Origin: Octopus sinensis
Taxonomy: Eukaryota
Assembly: GCF_006345805.1 (NCBI RefSeq)
Contig: NC_043002.1
Coordinates: 37,572,001-37,636,000 of the forward strand
Length of the DNA stretch: 64,000 bases
Reading direction: 5' to 3'
Part shown: positions 1 to 13,357 of the stretch, one piece after another
Numbering within the stretch: position 1 is the first letter of the stretch
Layout: each line of letters opens with the position of its first letter
Program-made: the position numbers and the translations under genes
The notes under the pieces: generated by a model
What the model saw: only the letters and a program-made list of their open reading frames with translations
What the model was told of the DNA's origin: nothing
Databases searched by the model: none

Positions 1-87
1 ATGTGTCGCCCTGTCCAGCAATCGAAACCAACCACAATCTTACGACCATGATGCTGACACCCTAACCACAAAGCCACGCGCCTCCAC
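1..87 (-). mobile_element. SINE family A, tRNA-like 5' head (truncated by window edge)
   Basis: Reverse complement reads GTGGAGGCGCGTGGCTTTGTGGTTAGGGTGTCAGCATCATGG...GGTTTCGATTGC, with A/B-box-like motifs. It matches the copies at 18945 and 42412. Confidence 0.75.
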
Positions 88-433
88 ACACACACACATA
101 CATACATACATATATATATATATGTAAATATATATATGTGTATGTGTGTGTATAGTTAAATCGATGAAAAGAGTACAGCGAATTTGCCATGGAGGAGTGG
201 AAAAATCCGACGTTTCAAACATTCCTTTTTTTTGAGAGAAAAGTTAACAAGAGTGAAATTAATGTGAGACAGCAGAGTTTTACATCCTCTAAACTGAGAT
301 AAATTGTAAGAAACAAAGGAGGGAAAGATACTGGTTGGAATTCAGTGTACTCTTTTTTTTTGTTGATTTTATTACATAATAATTGTCTTGCTGACGTAGA
401 CCAACTTCAATCTCTTTGGTGTCTGATTACACA

Positions 434-492
<59 letters not shown>

Positions 493-837
493 CATGTACA
501 TACCATGTATGTGCATTTGAATTTAAACTTAATGAGCTGTTTGTGATATGGATTAGGAGGTCTAAAATTAAAATGAAAGAAATTAAAATTGATAGCAGAG
601 AGTTGTCGAAAAATGTCAAATATAATCACACACACGTATGCAGTCAAGCCCACAAAGCACATATACACCAATACGCCACATCTACTCACACATACTCACA
701 ACACACCTATGCTCAAGCCTGCTAAAAACTTATGATAACAGAAGAAAAAAGGTATACAGATAAATACAGTCTGTGAAAATAATACAAAAGAAGATAATTG
801 CCTATTTATATACTGAAGAAAATGCATTCCAAATGTG

Positions 838-870
838 TAGGTGTATGTATGTATGTATGTATGTATGTAT

Positions 871-920
<50 letters not shown>

Positions 921-964
921 TATATATATGTATATATATATGTATATATATATGTGTATATATA

Positions 965-997
<33 letters not shown>

Positions 998-1270
998 GTA
1001 TATGTATGTATATGTAAATGTATATATATATGTATATGTATGTATATGTATATATATATATGTATGTATATGTATATATATGTATATATATATGTATATG
1101 TATGTATATATATATGTATATGTATATATATTTATGTATATGTATGTATATATATGTATATCTATGTATATATATATATGTATATGTATGTATATATATG
1201 TATGTATATCTATGTATATATATATATATATGTATATGTATGTATATCTATGTATATATATATATATATG

Positions 1271-1340
<70 letters not shown>
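838..1340. repeat. Compound (TATG)n/(TA)n microsatellite
   Basis: Read directly from the sequence. Confidence 0.97.
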
Positions 1341-1343
<3 letters not shown>

Positions 1344-2085
1344 GGTGCGATGAATAAATTGTCGAAATCATATATTTTTAATTTCTCGCGTGTGCATTGC
1401 TTGTTTTTGCTTTTGTTGACTACACAGTTGGGCACCGTCTGTGAGAAAAACAGGACCATGATGCACTTCCCTCTGCCAGAAATTTGGAAACGACATGCTG
1501 TACCGCCTGGCATTTGCGCCGGAAGCTCCAATACGAATATTTCAGGGTGTTTGGGTGTCAATCTAGGGGCAGTGCAGAGAATTCGGAAAGAGTTGGATGT
1601 GTCTAATGGCGATTACGAAGGTACGGCAGCTCGGAAAACTCACTCTGATCGTTCTTTAAGGGGGGAACTCCTGAATTTGTTGGTGATCTCTAGGTCATGA
1701 TTGATAACGATCTCTCCAAATCAATCAGATCAATCGCAAGGGACACTGGAGTGTCTGAGTTTCTTATCAGGCAGTGTATGAAGACATTCGGTCTTCCTCA
1801 TACAAGATCAGAAAAGGCTAATTTTTTATCCCAAGCCATTAAGGACAAGAGGAAAGACCGCGCTACAAAACCTTTGAACAAACTCAAGCATCCCCTTCAA
1901 CCGAACATGCTTTGGTTTTTCTCAGACAAGAAAAATTTCTGCCAGGATCAGATGGTGAACACACACAACAACTGTTGGCTTGCCTTGTTCCCAAAACAAG
2001 TACCGAGAGTGACAAAAATCAAACAACCAGTCACTAGTAATGGCGACATTATTACCTCCATTCATCTTCCCATACGGCTTCAGAC
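1341..2085 (+). mobile_element. Decayed IS630-Tc1-mariner transposon (maT/rosa-like), 5' TIR plus transposase N-terminal to first-Asp region
   Basis: Starts TA|CAGGGTGCGATGAATAA. Frameshifted translation includes 'LNKLKHPLQPNMLWFFSDKKNFCQDQMVNTHNNCWLA...VPRVTKIK' (FFSDEK-like motif) and a GD..PPFIFP-like segment. Truncated at about 2085. Confidence 0.85.
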
Positions 2086-3496
2086 CGAGTTACAGATTTT
2101 GAGGTATGGGGTATCAAAAGACTCAGTACTATTTCGGCTACAAATTAAACTTAATTTCCATTCACATAGTTGCATTTCAAAAATTTAACATTGTAATCTT
2201 TTCCGCAAATCAACTATCGTAAACATTTTATACGACGACGTCCCATTTTCTACATGTGTGTTTACCTTAAAAGACATCAATCATCATGACACACACTCTC
2301 ACTCACTCTTTCTCTCTCACATACGCGCACGCACGCAGGTATACACACACACACACACACACACGTCCATTTCCTATAAACGTACATACATCTTTAATTT
2401 TCTTTCTCCTTTTTGCTTTCTCTTCTTTCAATTTCTCTTCTCTTCAAATAAATTTTTACGGATACAGTTACTTACAAAAATAGGGATAAATGTATAATTT
2501 CTTTCTATGTTCATAATTATTTGTTTACAATATTGAAAAAAAATATGTCACCAAAGAAAAGACGTAATCTTTCCAGAAACAAGTATAAAGCAAGGAGGAT
2601 TGTAGAAAACCGAAGGCGAGAGCCTGAAGAGAGAAGCTAGATGAGATTTTCTAAACATCAGCAAATGCATGTTGCAGCATTTAATGCTGGATCATTAATC
2701 AATGTTTCAATGATTAGACAGAGGCCTAATACAATAGCTCTCAGAAACAGATTACGTACAAATTCGTTCTTCACAACTCCTGAAGCTGTTTTCAGATATG
2801 ATCCTTCCCATTCTTATAAAAATAATAACTCCGTCCAAATTGGTGTGCTAAACACAAATTGTCTTTTCTGTAGAGCTTTAAAATGTTCAAATGAAACAAA
2901 TGGTATGTGTTGCTCAGGCGGTCAGGTAACATTGCCAGCACTACCGGCTCCTTCTCAACCTCTTATGGATCTTCTAGAAGGCACTTCCATCCAGTCAAAG
3001 GATTTTCTGAAGTCTATCAGACAATACAACTCTACATATGAAATGACATCGTTTGGTTCATATGAGAAGATAGGTAAACATGAATTTGCGCCGACGTCAA
3101 AGTTCAAGGGCAAGTCTATCACCTCATTGGTTCCCTATTACTGAAAAAGAAACAACCACAGTTCCTCCAAGGAGGTGTTAAAATTTCAGATGATGAGTCG
3201 TGTTAGACACAGCGCCGACTGCTGCAAAAGAGAATATATCCACTGACAGCTTTTCGGTGCGTTCAAAAATCACATAACAGCCCACCTCCATTTTTCCATG
3301 ACAGCTTAGGGCCTGTCTGAGGTACTCCAGACAGAGGCATAGCATGTTGCTTAGTCGAATTAGCCCATCATTTACTCCACAAATGTTTTGCTGTCAATGC
3401 TGCACTTTCCTATATCACCTATTTCAACATAACTGTAATATATTATATACAAACTATGCCATTTTAATCCAAGTAACGCCAGGTATCTCTGCTAGT
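2086..3496 (+). mobile_element. Internally deleted Helitron (RepHel N-terminal fragment plus putative 3' end)
   Basis: ORF 2641-3144 reads 'CLFCRALKCSNETNGMCCSGGQVTLPALPAPSQPLMDLLEG...FLKSIRQYNSTYEMTSFG', continuing after a frameshift as 'VQGQVYHLIGSL'. These are typical Helitron RepHel N-terminal motifs. GTAACGCCAGGTATCTCTGCTAG|T at 3473-3496 resembles a Helitron CTAG 3' terminus. The 5' boundary is uncertain. Confidence 0.8.
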
Positions 3497-3520
3497 ATGT
3501 ATGTATATACATACATACTA

Positions 3521-4022
3521 GTGTACTTACCAAAATCAAAAGCAGTAATCTTAAATTTAAATCAAACCCCATTTTCCCATATTACTTCATAATTAAAAAA
3601 AAAACAAACTACCATTCATTAAATTATACAAATTTCACATTTGATATTACTGAAGAGCAGAAGAGTTATCTATAAATGCTTATCAATGTAGGATTCCATT
3701 ATTCTATATTATCTAAGTCTATGAACTATATTTGGAATACAAGACAATATAATGGATTTTACACATAACTATTATGGATTATTACAGAAGACTAACCAAG
3801 GGAGTATATATGGATTTAAAGACTCTCAAACTAAAGTGTACTTACCAAAATCAAAAGCAGTAATTTTTAATTTATATTTCAAACAAATACCATTTTATAG
3901 TATAACTTCATATTTAAAAAAAAACAACAACTACCATTCGATATATTATACAAAATTCAAATTATATCTCTGAAGAGCAGAAGAGTTGTCTATAAATGCT
4001 TATCAATATAGGATTCCATTAT
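3521..4022 (+). repeat. Diverged ~185-bp direct duplication (3521-3702 and 3836-4022)
   Basis: Both units run from GTGTACTTACCAAAATCAAAAGCAGTAAT to CTGAAGAGCAGAAGAGTT.TCTATAAATGCTTATCAAT.TAGGATTCCATTAT. Confidence 0.9.
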
Positions 4023-4284
4023 AGGGACAGCACTTCTGCGAAACAATCGTAAGATGCTTTAAAAACTTAATTCAAAACTTTTAAACTGTCATATACATTA
4101 TATATTTATACTTATACATATTTACATATATTTTTATATATATTTACATTTTTAATACAATTATTTTACACACGTATATATCTTTCCGAAGTATTTTCTA
4201 ATATTGATTTCCTGATATTGATAATATATTATAAAACACACACACACACAATGTGTATATTACATTTGTATATTCGGTTCAAAA

Positions 4285-4530
4285 TTTAGCACAAGTCCAG
4301 TAAATTCAGGGAAGTATGTAAGTCGATTACATCGACCCCAGTGCTCAACTGGTACTTATTTGATCGATCTCAGTGATAATTGAACTCAGAAGTATTTGTG
4401 TGCATGTGTGTGTAGGTAGCTTCGAGATTATAGCAGAAGGCACTAGTCTTAGGTGCTACGTAGTGGGACTGAACCCAGAACCATGTGGTTGGGAAGCTAA
4501 CTTCTTACCATTTATCTATGCCTGCACCTA
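4285..4530 (-). mobile_element. Adjacent degraded fragments of SINE B (4285-4390) and SINE C head (4401-4530)
   Basis: Contains AAGTCGATTACATCGACCCCAGTGCTCAACTGGTACTTA (B) and GTGGGACTGAACCCAGAACCATGTGGTTGGGAAGC (C). Confidence 0.7.
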
Positions 4531-5600
4531 AATCAACCAAGATCATTTATTTCAGTTAAATATTTACCTTATTTATTCTGGCGCAATGTAATCTCGAATA
4601 TAATATGATTCCCACTAGTTCTTGTGCCAGATCTGTTTGTAATATTTAGTTTAATCCACTTATCTTCTGTTTTATACTCGAGTATAATGCTATCCTCCAA
4701 TTTTAACTTTGGCGTTTTTTTTTTCTTTTAATTTTATCTTGGGTATTAAATTTTGCGCAGTATGCACGAATACATACAGTAAGTCGGCAAACTTACTCTT
4801 GAAATTATCGATAGTACCCACCATCAGCCTTTGCCTCTCCTAACAAAAGGTACGAATTAAAATTGTTCTTTCCAATAAAGTGTAACTTTACGGGATCTAT
4901 AAGAGGAGATTATAAAAAAAATACTTAGTCGACTTCTTGGTAATGGTTTTGAATAACGACTTCTTAATTCTCTCGATAAATTTGTTTAAGTTCTGTGGTT
5001 CCCTTGGCGAAGGCTTGTAATAAAGTTGCCAGTTTCTCTCGCGATAAGGGCCAAATCTAAGATATATTACTATCTCCTGGTAAAGATTCAAAGTAATAAA
5101 ATCGTGTAAAACACGGGAGGGAAAGTTTATAGACATTTCTCCAATGAAAGTTAGGTTATAAATGAAACATATCAAGATGTGGTCATGACCAGTTCTTGCA
5201 CTTGGGTATTATTAAACAGGGTTTCGAATCTCCCTTAATGCTTTGATTATTTTGGTTTCTTTAATTTCCGATTGGTTTACAAATGTTTTCAATGAATATG
5301 CAGACAATAAAACGAGGGAACTTCAACGTAATGACCCAAGTTGCAGCCAAATACCTTTCAAATCACAGCTTGCCGTCTTGTATAAATAAAAGGAATGGTA
5401 TATTGGGTATATGCCATTATTTTTATTCCTTTTAATGAAGGGTGGCTATGGTTGGAATATCCTCGATTTTATATCACCTTGCTCAGAATGACTATTAACT
5501 AAACAACAACAACAACAACTAAAAGTCAATGGTTTAATAAACACTTATTTAATACACAATTTTTAATTGATTCTACTGCTGTGATCTAAGCATATTACTA

Positions 5601-6245
5601 GCTGGCTGTGTGGTGAGATGTTCGCTTTGTAGCTATGTGGTTTCAGGTACAGTCCTACTGCGTGGCACCTCGGGCAAATATCTTCTACAGTAGACCCTCG
5701 TCGATCGATGCATTTTCGTTTCCATCTAATACATAGTGTTTTTTTTTAACACAGCACATCCATAAGAGATATTGTCTCTGGACGAACACCACAGTAAATT
5801 TGCCTTTCAACAATGTATTTACATTATGTATGATACGTAGATGACTATTTTAATTTAATACTGCTTCTATTGAATATTACTGATATGTTCAGCCCCACTA
5901 CACATCACCTTGCGCAGCTGCCTTTTACTATTGCCCTGGGCTGACCAGTGCCTTGTGAGTGAATTTGGTAGATGCAAACTGTGCATAAGCCCTCGTATAT
6001 ATGTGCATGTATGTGATTATGTCTGTGTGTATACGTATGTGTGTATGTTTTTGTGCTTGTGTTTGTCCCCTCTCTCCGCTTGACAACTGGCGCTGGTTTG
6101 TTTGCGTCTACAGACGTTAGCCGTTCGACAAGAAAGAGAAACCGGTAGAATAAGTACCTGATATAAAAATAAGTATTGGTATCGATTTGTTCGACAAAGT
6201 CCTTCAAAAAGGTGCCCCAGCATGGTCGCAGTCCAATGCCTACAA
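5601..6245 (+). mobile_element. SINE family C, degraded head (5601-5712) and body/tail (5905-6245)
   Basis: Collinear with the full copy at 49061-49470: GCCTTGTGAGTGAATTTGGTAGA, GCTTGACAAC, TAGAATAAGTAC, GGTGCCCCAGCATGGTCGCAGTC. Confidence 0.75.
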
Positions 6246-6477
6246 CAAGCAAGATAAAAATGTTACCAAGGGATCCGACTTGGCCACCCACGCTCGTATC
6301 ATGTAAAGAGCATTTTTAATCAGAGGCCCATCTGATCGCAGTATCGTCAACAACAATAGCGCAGAAATCAATAGAATGTAGACAATGCTGCAGGCAGCGG
6401 CAGCACTATAAAATTCTCGAGAGTGTTTTGTTAGTTTCATCAAAATCTTGAGAGTTTGTCATTTTGTATAAGTTAAG

Positions 6478-6560
6478 TTCGTTTTTGTATTTGATTTGTA
6501 AGATTCTTTATGTGAATTCGTGTGTTGAAACAAATTTTGTTTGGTTTGGGGAGAGTCATT
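6478..6560 (+). mobile_element. Fragment of the palindromic foldback family (see 21976-22297 and 31168-31352)
   Basis: TTTGTAAGATTCTTTATGTGAATTCGTGTGTTGAAAC...GGAGAGTCATT matches 31185-31250. Confidence 0.7.
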
Positions 6561-8051
6561 ACGCCAATATTAATAACACACGCGCTGGTTCAACTCCACT
6601 TCTTTATTACCAGTCAATTGGTTAAATATCTATTCGACTAACTACTCGATTGTTAGACAGTCAATGGTTTATTAATTAATTAATTCATTCATTCATATAT
6701 TTTCGTTCGTCAAAGTTCTTTCGTCGCCACTTGCAATCTTTTCAGTGACTGTGACCTGCCAACTTATTTTGAAGACTGCTATCACCGCCTGTCTTAAATT
6801 CAACTCTTCTTACTGATAACTAGTGTCTCTCTATCAATCTGATTTGTCTTAGATACACCATCACTTGAAAATAAACTCGTCGTTTATGGCCCTACGGTCT
6901 GTTGGATTTAGTGGGGTCGCCATGGTACTGACGGATGTGAATTGATTATACTCTACAACAATCTAACTTTATATCCCGCAGTGCAACAGTAAGTTCTCGA
7001 CGAATCGAATCTAAAAATTTGTAGTTTTCTTCCTCTCCTTCCTCTCCTTCCTCTTCTTCTTTAATTCCCAATTCGAGCCACTTCAATTATTCCAGTAACC
7101 TTCTTAGATTAGCTATGAATGTTTCAATTTTCCATATCGCTTCCATTATGACCTCGAGGGCATAATTTCTAATTAAGAAATCATTATTATATATTTGTAC
7201 GTGGTGAGGGTGTCGCCGTTGGTGATGGCGGTATAAGAAAGGAAATAAATATTTTATACGTTCAATGTAGTCACATGTAGCTATCGAGGTGATTGGTTTC
7301 ATTACTCTCCCCTTTTCAAAAGCAGCTTTGTACTTGAAAAAGATTCGTTTATAATGCACAGAAATTAAATTCTGTGTAGTGCTAATTTACTTTGTTATGT
7401 AAGATACAACAGCATCTACAGTTTTAGAAGTATTTAGTCAACAAGGAGAAATATATCCATTCTTTGATTTAACAAGTAGCCTTTCATCTTTTGCTAAATA
7501 TAATGTTCCCGTTATATAATTGTGGTAGGTTTATTCGCTTAGCAGCCGATGCGTTTCGATGTGAACTACGCATCCTTTACTAAATGTATGAACATACTAA
7601 TACGCAAATGTTTATGTCTTATTGTTATTAACAATGTCATGCAGTTCGATGTAGTCATAAGCTCAGTATGGGATTTCATTTGTAGGATCTGGTACTTGAA
7701 TAGATCATTTCCTCCCCGTATTGCTCAACTCTTAGCAACTGTAGGCGTCTGATGTAATTGATTTATGAACGCATAAAATACGAGATCACAGAGAGTATTG
7801 TTAATTTTATGGAACATATCTATTCTCAACCTGTAGAAAATTTGGGTTTCTTTCCTATACTATAATCACAAATGAATTAAAAGCACCCAGAAAACATTCA
7901 CGGGAACACGCGTGCTTATTGATCAGCTCAACCTCTTTAAAACGTTAGAACTTTTATAGATACAACCCTCAGAATTATATAGGTATTAGTTTACATCTGA
8001 AATATCTTTGAAGGAAGGACTTGTATGGAATTTTAACTTAGAAACTAACAG

Positions 8052-8221
8052 TAACCTTTGTATAACTCTTTGTATAACTCTTTGTATAACTCTTTGTATA
8101 ACCCTTTGTATAACCCTTTGTATAACCCTTTGTATAACCCTTTGTATAACCCTTTGTATAACCCTTTGTATAACCCTTTGTATAACCCGTTGTATAACCC
8201 GTTGTATAACTCTGTATAACC
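8052..8221. repeat. 12-bp minisatellite (TAACCCTTTGTA) x about 14
   Basis: Read directly. Variants TAACTC, TAACCC and TAACCCG form ordered blocks. Confidence 0.97.
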
Positions 8222-8363
8222 AACAATAGAGCCTCCACACTTACTAGAAATTGGTGTAAAATGTCCTCTATAGTCTTGATTAAAGGACGCAGTGTCCATG
8301 ATGTACATTTACTATGCTTACATGATAATTTATGTGTGTGTATGCATGTATGTGCGCGCATGC

Positions 8364-8405
<42 letters not shown>

Positions 8406-8448
8406 CGGAGATGTACTCGCATAGCAAGTAATTTGATCTGAGATCGTG

Positions 8449-8503
<55 letters not shown>

Positions 8504-9149
8504 CATGAAGAAGAACACAAATGGGGTTTAAAATTTACTACATCTGTTGTGTTTTACCTCATTGTGAATTCAATGTTATGGTATCGTACCTGTTGATGCA
8601 CTTAGATTTTAGCGAATCCTGGAACTAATATGTACATATACCCCGAAGACCACAATATACGTAAAAACGGAATAGTCGCAATCTAGAATGGTTCTGATGA
8701 CAGATCTGTTGAACAACAACGGCAATAAAACCACACCACCTTATCTCAAATGGGCATGCACTGGGTTCTTCAATCACCTGGTGTTACAAGAATCTGAACT
8801 TTTTGATATTTTCTTACAGGTAAAATGTGAGTATTCAAAAATTATATGGAATAAAGTATAGAAACTTTGAAGTTTCGAAAAATCTCCTGTGCAAAATCTC
8901 AGCAGAACCAATAACATTTCAGTTGTCTCGGGGACCATAAAAATGTGAAACTGCTTTATACACAAAAGGAACTTGCAAATAGTAATCGATGGCAACAATT
9001 TTGATGTCTCAGTCCCAAAGTAAACATAGTGAAGTTGGGCAACCACTAAACGGAGCTATATTGTTTCCTTAGTATTACTGGTGTTTAGCTGAGTCACGCT
9101 TGACTGAACTCTCCCAATTTAAACCAGTCGTATATATATATATATATAC

Positions 9150-9330
9150 ACAAACATAAAATAAAATACAAAATGGGACAAGAACGCAAAACATCTGGAC
9201 AACTAGGTGATACAAAAAAGAACAACAAAACATCCAGATAGACGATACAAAAAGGACGGGTCATTCGAAGCCCTCTATCTTCAGTCAAGAACCGGATCAT
9301 CCTCACAATTTCGGCTAGCGGCGCACGTAC
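9150..9330. mobile_element. Dispersed repeat family D (PLE-like), partial copy
   Basis: AAAATACAAAATGGGACAAGAACGCAAAACATC...TCATTCGAAG...TCAGTCAAG...CAATTTCGGCT is shared with 10865-11035. Confidence 0.65.
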
Positions 9331-9684
9331 ACTTTGTTCTCTCTCATATATATATACTTAGTAGACGGAGAATACTGGCTGCATTAGATCTTTGGATGGT
9401 GATAAGGAGACAGATGAAAATTGTAGCTATATTACCATTTAATGACCCCCATTGTTATTCTCTTCCGCCACTCCAAATTATAGTTGGGGTATTTTTCTCC
9501 CAAAGTTGATTCTGCCATAATAATAGCAACATGTAATTCTTTCATTCTCTAGTTCTGATGAAATGTTTACTAAAAATTATAATGCTTGTATTGATATAAT
9601 GCTTGTATTGTTCGATTAAATGGAGCCGCTTGAAACGGCCGTAATGCACTAATACCTTGACATCACATCCGTGTTACTTAATTG

Positions 9685-9724
<40 letters not shown>

Positions 9725-9912
9725 CACATACACACACACATATATATATATATATATACATATATATACATGGACACACACACATATATATATATACATA
9801 CATACATACATACACACACACACATATATACATATACAAACATACACACACACATACAGATATATATATATATATATATGCATACATACATACACACATA
9901 CATACATACATA
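9685..9912. repeat. (TA)n/(CA)n/(TACA)n microsatellite
   Basis: Read directly from the sequence. Confidence 0.95.
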
Positions 9913-10413
9913 GGTATCATAAGTTTTCAAGATCCAATAGAATCAGGCATTTAAATAGTAAAAACAACAAGGTATAGTCGGGGATAGCGCACCTGTGCAC
10001 TAACAACGTGTACTGACATATATTTACTTACTAATGTAAATACAGATTTGTCATTCTAATTACGCACACATTCACAAATACTGATTGATAACACGACGTG
10101 TATTGAAAACCACACATCGGTACGCTACTGCACATAATCCACCGTCGTGTATATAGGCTCCAGATCCAAACGCATTAAAGGTTTCGAGTTAGATGAAGAA
10201 TAAACAATAACCCATCTGTGTTACTGTTTATAGGCTTCCGTACGGGAAAGCCTACATTTTTCTGTCGAAGGCTTATATGCCCCATTATTAGACTATTTTC
10301 TTTAGTCATTTGCGCGGTGATTGCTATAAGCTTTAAGCTTATAAAATACCATTATTATTATTTACAGAATTGTAAAACTCGACACCACTTAACAAAACCA
10401 TTCACACCGGTAT

Positions 10414-10438
10414 AAACACACACACACACACACAGATG

Positions 10439-10482
<44 letters not shown>

Positions 10483-10722
10483 TATATATATATACACACA
10501 CATATATATATATACACACACATATATATATATATATACACACACATATATATATATATATAATATACACACATATATATATATATACACACATATATAT
10601 ATATATACACACACATATATATATATATATACACCCACACACATATATATATATACACACACACATATATATATATACACACACACACATATATATATAC
10701 ACACACACACACATATATATAT

Positions 10723-10791
<69 letters not shown>

Positions 10792-10813
10792 CACATACAC
10801 ACATACATACATA

Positions 10814-10862
<49 letters not shown>
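10414..10862. repeat. Alternating (TA)n/(CA)n compound microsatellite
   Basis: Read directly from the sequence. Confidence 0.96.
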
Positions 10863-10864
<2 letters not shown>

Positions 10865-11620
10865 TCTTTTACTCTAAAATACAAAATGGGACAAGAACGC
10901 AAAACATCCAGGCAGCTAGGTGATATATAAATGGGACTACAAAACATCCAGATAGACGATACAAAGTAAACAAGGGCGAGTCATTCGAAGTTTTCTTTCC
11001 TCAGTCAAGCACCAAATTATCCTCGCAATTTCGGCTGATTATACTTGAGATGCTCTAATCTGGCCAGCCCCAAGGAAAAACTAAGCTAAGAGCATTAGAT
11101 TCCTTGGAAGAAAGCAGCGAGTGTATACAAAGACAAAGACGGAATAAACGGACAATGTTACACAAATACAAATGCAATAAAAATAATAACAGAACATAAC
11201 AACAGGTGTCTTTCGACTAAGGACGAATTGAATTAAGCTCGCGTGTATGGAAATGAAGCCTTACGGCAGAGATACAAAACTTTCACAAACACTGGGAAGA
11301 ATATCGATGTTGCACGGACAACGACCAGACCAAGAAAGAAAGAACAGGCTTGGCCGAACGCCGGTCACGTGGGAAGAAAAGAGAGAGAAGTAGAAGCAGA
11401 GGGACAGAAGAATTAAGGAGGGGCGCGAAAAAATGACAGGGACATAGTGAAGTGAAAAGTGGAGGGAAAGTAGGCAAGAAGAGAAGGCAAAGAAATGTGA
11501 GAGAGGGGGAGCAAAAGAACGAAGAGTGGAATGAACGAATAAGCGTGAAAGGGCTGATAGACAGAAATAATCGTATAAGTACATATCTTGGCCCGAGGCC
11601 TTCTAAAGTCTGAGGCCATA
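10865..11620. mobile_element. Dispersed repeat family D, long copy (probable retroelement terminal/UTR region)
   Basis: The first ~170 bp match 9150-9330, followed by a purine-rich tract with no convincing ORF. The class is inferred only. Confidence 0.5.
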
Positions 11621-12031
11621 GATATCAGTCTGCTAAATCCAGCTCTGAATTCAGGCGAAAAATATTACAGCTGAACTCAAATTGAATGTCCGTTGTCTTT
11701 TGCTTTTTGTAAAGACTATGTTTATTTTAACAATATTTGGATTCTTTATATGAAGAAGCAGCTGGTTTCTAGCAAGAGGCGAAAATTCTTGCTGGAATTT
11801 AGATAATACTAACAATAGCAAGAAATGGCTTGCATATTTTTTTGCAAGATGCGTGCTGGTTACTTTCCAAATACAGCCAATTGTTCTATTGTGAATAAAA
11901 ATCTTACAAAAATTGCCTACTCGCCCATGATTCCTCGGGCATCAACCGATAGGATTTCATGCTGAGTATCAACCGTAAAGTACATTTAAACTTCTCCTTC
12001 ATCTTGTTGCCCTTCATCCACCCCCACACAC

Positions 12032-12043
<12 letters not shown>

Positions 12044-12121
<78 letters not shown>

Positions 12122-12148
12122 GTCTGTCTATCTGTCTATCTATCTATA
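12044..12148. repeat. (TATC)n microsatellite
   Basis: Read directly from the sequence. Confidence 0.97.
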
Positions 12149-12395
12149 TTGTTTGAGGTAAATATTTGTATTTGTAGCTACGAGTTAAACCAGTCGCTGC
12201 ATTGTGATTTTTACAGAGCTACACACTCACAATAAAATTAAACAAAACAAACCACTCACACCAGATTTGTACAAACAGCGTTTTACACTTATATATATAA
12301 AAAAAATAACACTCACGTGGCACAAAATCATAAAACCTGTATGTATGTAGGCGTAAGCGTAAAAGTGTGTGAATGTGCGTTTGCACATACATACA

Positions 12396-12429
<34 letters not shown>

Positions 12430-12940
12430 CATTTATATATCTATATACATTTAGGTAACTGTACATATATGTGTGTGTGTGTGTGTGTACATATGTCTGA
12501 ATATGTCCTGATATGTGCATGTGTATATGTTGTATATTGTTCATTATTTTTTTTTGTTTTTTTTTTTGTTCTATTGAGCAAACATGGTAGCTAATAATTA
12601 TACGTACCCATATCTCGATCAGAAATGGCAACTACAAAGAATTAATTGCAAATCCTAGAAATATTTCGTTGGATGTGTCAAAGTGACCTAAAATGGTGGA
12701 AATGAAGGCTTGAGACTATTAATGTGCGTATGTGCGCCTGGATTTACAAATATGAAAATAATCGCACTCAACGATTGCAATAAAAATATGATATCATCCG
12801 CCTCCTCTCTTACTGCCGCGTTTCTCATCCCATCAATAAAATACTAATTTTAAGTTGCAAAACGATCAAACTCATTGAGGAGATTCGGTTCACAGATCTG
12901 TCTCTTGCGAGGATGAAAACATCAAATTTGTATTCTCTTA

Positions 12941-13357
12941 TGACGGCGAGCTGGCAGAAACGTTAACACGCCGGGCGAAATGCGTAGCCGTATTTCGTCG
13001 GCCGTTACGTTCTAAGTTCAAATTCCGCTGAGGTCAACTTTGCCTTTCATCCTTTCGGGGTCGATAAACTAAGGACCAATTACGCACTGGGGTCGATATA
13101 ATCAACTTAATCCGTGTGTCTGTCCTTGTTTGTCCGCTCTGTGTTTAGCCACTTGTGGGTAGTAAAGAAATAGGTATTTCGTCTTCCGCTACGTTTTGAG
13201 TTCAAATTCCGCCACGGTCGACTTTGCCTTTCATCATTTCGGGGTCGATTAAATAAGTACCAGTTACGCACTGGAGTCGATATAATTGACTTAAGCCGTT
13301 TGTCTGTCCTTGTTTGTCCCATCTAAGTGTAGCCCCTTGTGGGCAATAAGGAAATTA
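12941..13357 (+). mobile_element. SINE family B, dimeric copy with 26-bp target-site duplication
   Basis: Head GACGGCGAGCTGGCAGAAACGTTAACACGCC, then two tandem bodies (GAGTTCAAATTCCGC..GTCGACTTTGCCTTTCATC..CGGGGTCGAT..). Flanked by an identical GAAAACATCAAATTTGTATTCTCTTA at 12915-12940 and 13358-13383. Confidence 0.92.

Noticed and set aside
4870-5300. 92-aa minus-strand ORF
   Set aside because: AT-rich composition with no RT, endonuclease or host-domain motif recognised.
8052-8221. CRISPR-like or telomeric array
   Set aside because: There are no unique spacers and the unit is 12 bp, not TTAGGG. The context is eukaryotic.
8810-8835. Putative microexons (TTACAG|GTAAAAT|GTGAGT here; CCAG|GATTTACA|GTGAGT at about 46333)
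   Set aside because: The 7-8 nt lengths are frame-disrupting and such motif pairs are expected by chance. There is no transcript evidence.
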